A stretch of DNA of 64,000 nt from NCBI RefSeq assembly GCF_963921235.1, contig NC_086109.1, forward strand, positions 4,280,001 to 4,344,000. Direction: 5' to 3'. The stretch is from Mobula hypostoma. Lineage: Eukaryota. Each line of letters begins with the position of its first letter. Position 1 is the first letter of the stretch. The notes below the pieces were generated by a model that saw nothing but the letters and a program-made list of their open reading frames with translations, was not told the origin of the DNA and ran no database searches. This document shows positions 61,056-64,000 of this stretch, piece after piece. The position numbers and the translations under genes are program-made.

Positions 61056-62777
61056 CAGACATCCCACCTCTCCTGGAAGTTCCAGGAGTCTCCCGCATAT
61101 TAATAGAGGCTCCCTGATGCCCGCAAATTATGTACAATATCACGGAAATCAATTTTCTTGAGAGTGAGCGAGCGAGAGAAAGCAAGCGAGAGCGTGAGAG
61201 AGAGAGCAAGAGAGAGAGCGAGAGCGCGCCATGGCAGAGTGTTCCAAAAAAAAATAAAATGTACGTCACCCCAGACTACACTAAAGTGTACCCCTGCCTA
61301 ATAGGGGTCGAAAATAATGACAGTGTTGCTCGCTGCTCTGTTTGCAACAGTGACTTTTAACATAGAACATAGAACATAGAATAGTACAACACAGTACAGG
61401 CCCTTCGGCCCACAATGTTGTGCCAACCCTCAAACCCTGCCTCCCATATAAGCCCCCACCTTAGATTCCTCCATATACCGGTCTAGTAGTCTCTTAAACC
61501 TCACTAGTGTATCTGCCTCCACCACTGACTCAGGCAGTGCATTCCATGCACACCAACTACTCTCTGAGTAAAAAACCTTCCTCTAATATCCCCCTTGAAC
61601 TTCCCACCCCTTACCTTAAAGCCATATCCTCTTGTATTGAGCAGTGGTGCCCTGGGGAAGAGGCGCTGGCTATCCACTCTATCTATTCCTCTTATTATCT
61701 TGTACACCTCTATCATGTCTCCTCTCATCCTCCTTCTCTCCAAAGAGTAAAGCCCTAGCTCCCTTAATCTCTGATCATAATGCATACTTTCTAAACCAGG
61801 CAGCATCCTGGTAAATCTCCTCTGTACCTTTTCCAATGCTTCCAAATCCTTCCTATAGTGAGCTGACCAGAACTGGCCACAATACTCCAAGTGTGGCCTA
61901 ACCAGAGTTTTATAGAGCTGCATCATTACATGGCGACTCTTAAACTCTATCCCTCGACTTATGAAAGCTAACACCCCATAAGCTTTCTTAACTACCCTAT
62001 CCACCTGTGAGGCAACTTTCAGGGATCTGTGGACATGTACCCCGAGATCCCTCTGCTCCTCCACACTACCAAGTATCCTGCCATTTATTTTGTACTCTGC
62101 CTTGGAGTTTGTCCTTCCAAAGTGTACCACCTCACACTTCTCCGGGTTGAACTCCATCTGCCACTTCTCAGCCCACTTCTGCATCCTAACAATGTCTCTC
62201 TGCAATCTTTGACAATCCTCTACACTATCTACAACACCACCAACCTTTTGTGTCATCTGCAAACTTGCCAACCCACCCTTCTACCCCCACATCCAGGTCG
62301 TTAATAAAAATCACGAAAAGTAGAGGTCCCAGAACAGATCCTTGTGGGACACCACTAGTCACAATCCTCCAATCTGAATGTACTCCCTCCACCACCACCC
62401 TCTGCCTTCTGCAGGCAAGCCAATTCTGAATCCACCGGGCCAAACTTCCCTGGATCCCATGCCTTCTAACTTTCTGAATAAGCCTACCGTGTGGAACCTT
62501 GTCAAATGCCTTACTAAAATCCATATAGATCACATCCACTGCACTACCCTCATCTATATGCTTGGTCACCTCCTCGTGATGGGTTAAGACTGTAAAAGAC
62601 GTGTTGAGGTGAGTTTAACAGGTGTCATTCGTTCATTAGCATAGCTAACATTATTTAAACTAGCTGGCTGGCTGCTAAGGAGCTACTCTATTGCAGACAT
62701 CCCACCTCTCCCAGAAGTCTCCTGCAAATTGATGGCGTTACCTCCCTGAAATCAGTTTTTGCAGGGTGGGATGTCTG
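61056..62777 (+). mobile_element. Second copy of the hAT6-like element, TSD CAATAC, interrupted by a young CR1
   Basis: CAATAC|CAGACATCCCACC...GGTGGGATGTCTG|CAATAC, near-identical to 44271-44942. Confidence 0.9.
61359..62575 (-). mobile_element. Young 5'-truncated CR1 (RT C-terminal half, nearly intact), (TTCTATG)n tail
   Basis: ORFs 62225-62569 and 61504-62271 join across one frameshift: [42 protein letters not shown]. Confidence 0.95.
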
Positions 62778-64000
62778 CAATACTCCAAGTGAGGCCTCAC
62801 TGGTGTTTCATAAAGACTCAACTTTACATCCTTGCTTTTATTTTCTAGTCCTCTTGAAATGAATGCTAACATTGTATTTGCCTTCCTCACCACAGATTCA
62901 ACCTGCAAATTAACCTTCAGGGAATCCTGCACAAGGATTCCCAGGTCCCTTTGCATCTTAGTTTTTTGTATATTTTTCTCCAGTTATAAAATAGTCAACC
63001 TTTTAATTTCTTCTACCTAAGTACATGACGATACACTTCCCAACACTGTATTCCATCTGCCGCTTCTTTGCCCATTCTCATAAGCTAAGTCCTTCTGTAG
63101 CCTCTCTACTTCCTCAAAATTACCTACCTCTCCTCCTATCTTCATATCATCATCTGCAAATTTTGCAATTAAGCCATCAATTCCATCATTCAAACTATTG
63201 ACATATAACATAAAAAGAATCCGTCCCAACACAGACCCCTGTGGAACACTAGTAATCACTGGCAGCCAGCCAGAAAAGGCTCCCTTCATTCCCACACTTT
63301 GTCTCTTGCCAATCAGCTACTACTATATCCAAGCTAGAATCTTTCCTGTAATACTCTGGGCTCGTAGCATGTTAAACAACTTCATGTATGGCAACTTGTC
63401 AAAGGCCTTCTGAAAATCCAAGTACACATCATCAACTGATTCTCCTTTGTCTATCCAGCTTGTTATTTCTTCAAAGAATTTCAACAGATTTGTCAGGTAA
63501 GATTTTCCCGTGAGGAAACCATGCTGACTATGGCTTATTTTATTATGTGCCTCCAAGTACCCCAAAACCACATCCTCAAAATTGACTCCAACATCTTCCC
63601 AACAACCGAGGTCAGACTAATTGGCCTATACTTTCCTTTCTTCTGCCTCTCTCCCTTCTTGAAGAGTGCAGAGACATTTGCAATTTTCCTGTCTTCCGGA
63701 ACAATTCCAGAATCTAGTGATTCTTGAAAGATCATTACTAATGTTTCCACAATCTTTTTAGCCACCTCTTTCAGAACCCTGGAGTGTACACCATTTGGTC
63801 CAGGTGACTTATCTACCTTCAGGTCTGCCAGTTTCCCAAGAACCATTTCCCTCCTAATGCTAACTTCACACACTTCATGACACTTGGCACCTCCACCATA
63901 CTGCTAGTGTCTTTTTCAGTGAAGACTGATGCAAAATACTTACTCAGTCTGTCCGCCATTTCCTTGTTTCCAATTACTACCTCTCCAGCATTGTTTTCCA

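Larger units (their letters stand above)
60492..64000 (-). mobile_element. Older CR1 LINE (RT pseudogene), split at CAATAC by a DNA transposon; runs off the window
   Basis: Translation [46 protein letters not shown], with several frameshifts. Confidence 0.92.

Overview
This is eukaryotic, vertebrate DNA. The repeat content (CR1 LINEs, V-SINEs, Rex1/Babar, RTE, Tx1, Penelope) suggests a cartilaginous fish, probably a ray; this is inferred, not verified. Bases 1-20.2 kb are one 30-bp satellite with higher-order duplications, and all ORFs there are repeat artefacts. Bases 20.2-64 kb are a nested transposable-element mosaic. It hides three short + strand exons that the ORF track misses: a signal peptide (35227-35290) and a split sushi/CCP domain (45364-45457 + 58028-58113), forming the 5' part of a complement-control-like gene. 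Other highlights are about 9 minimal hammerhead-ribozyme motifs in Penelope-like termini, two of them in a 386-bp palindrome; a Hero-like RLE retrotransposon inserted at TT^AGGG in an interstitial telomere-like array; a 6-bp-TSD hAT-like element carrying a zinc-finger exon; and three solo LTRs. Family names come from recalled motifs, and boundaries of old fragments are approximate.
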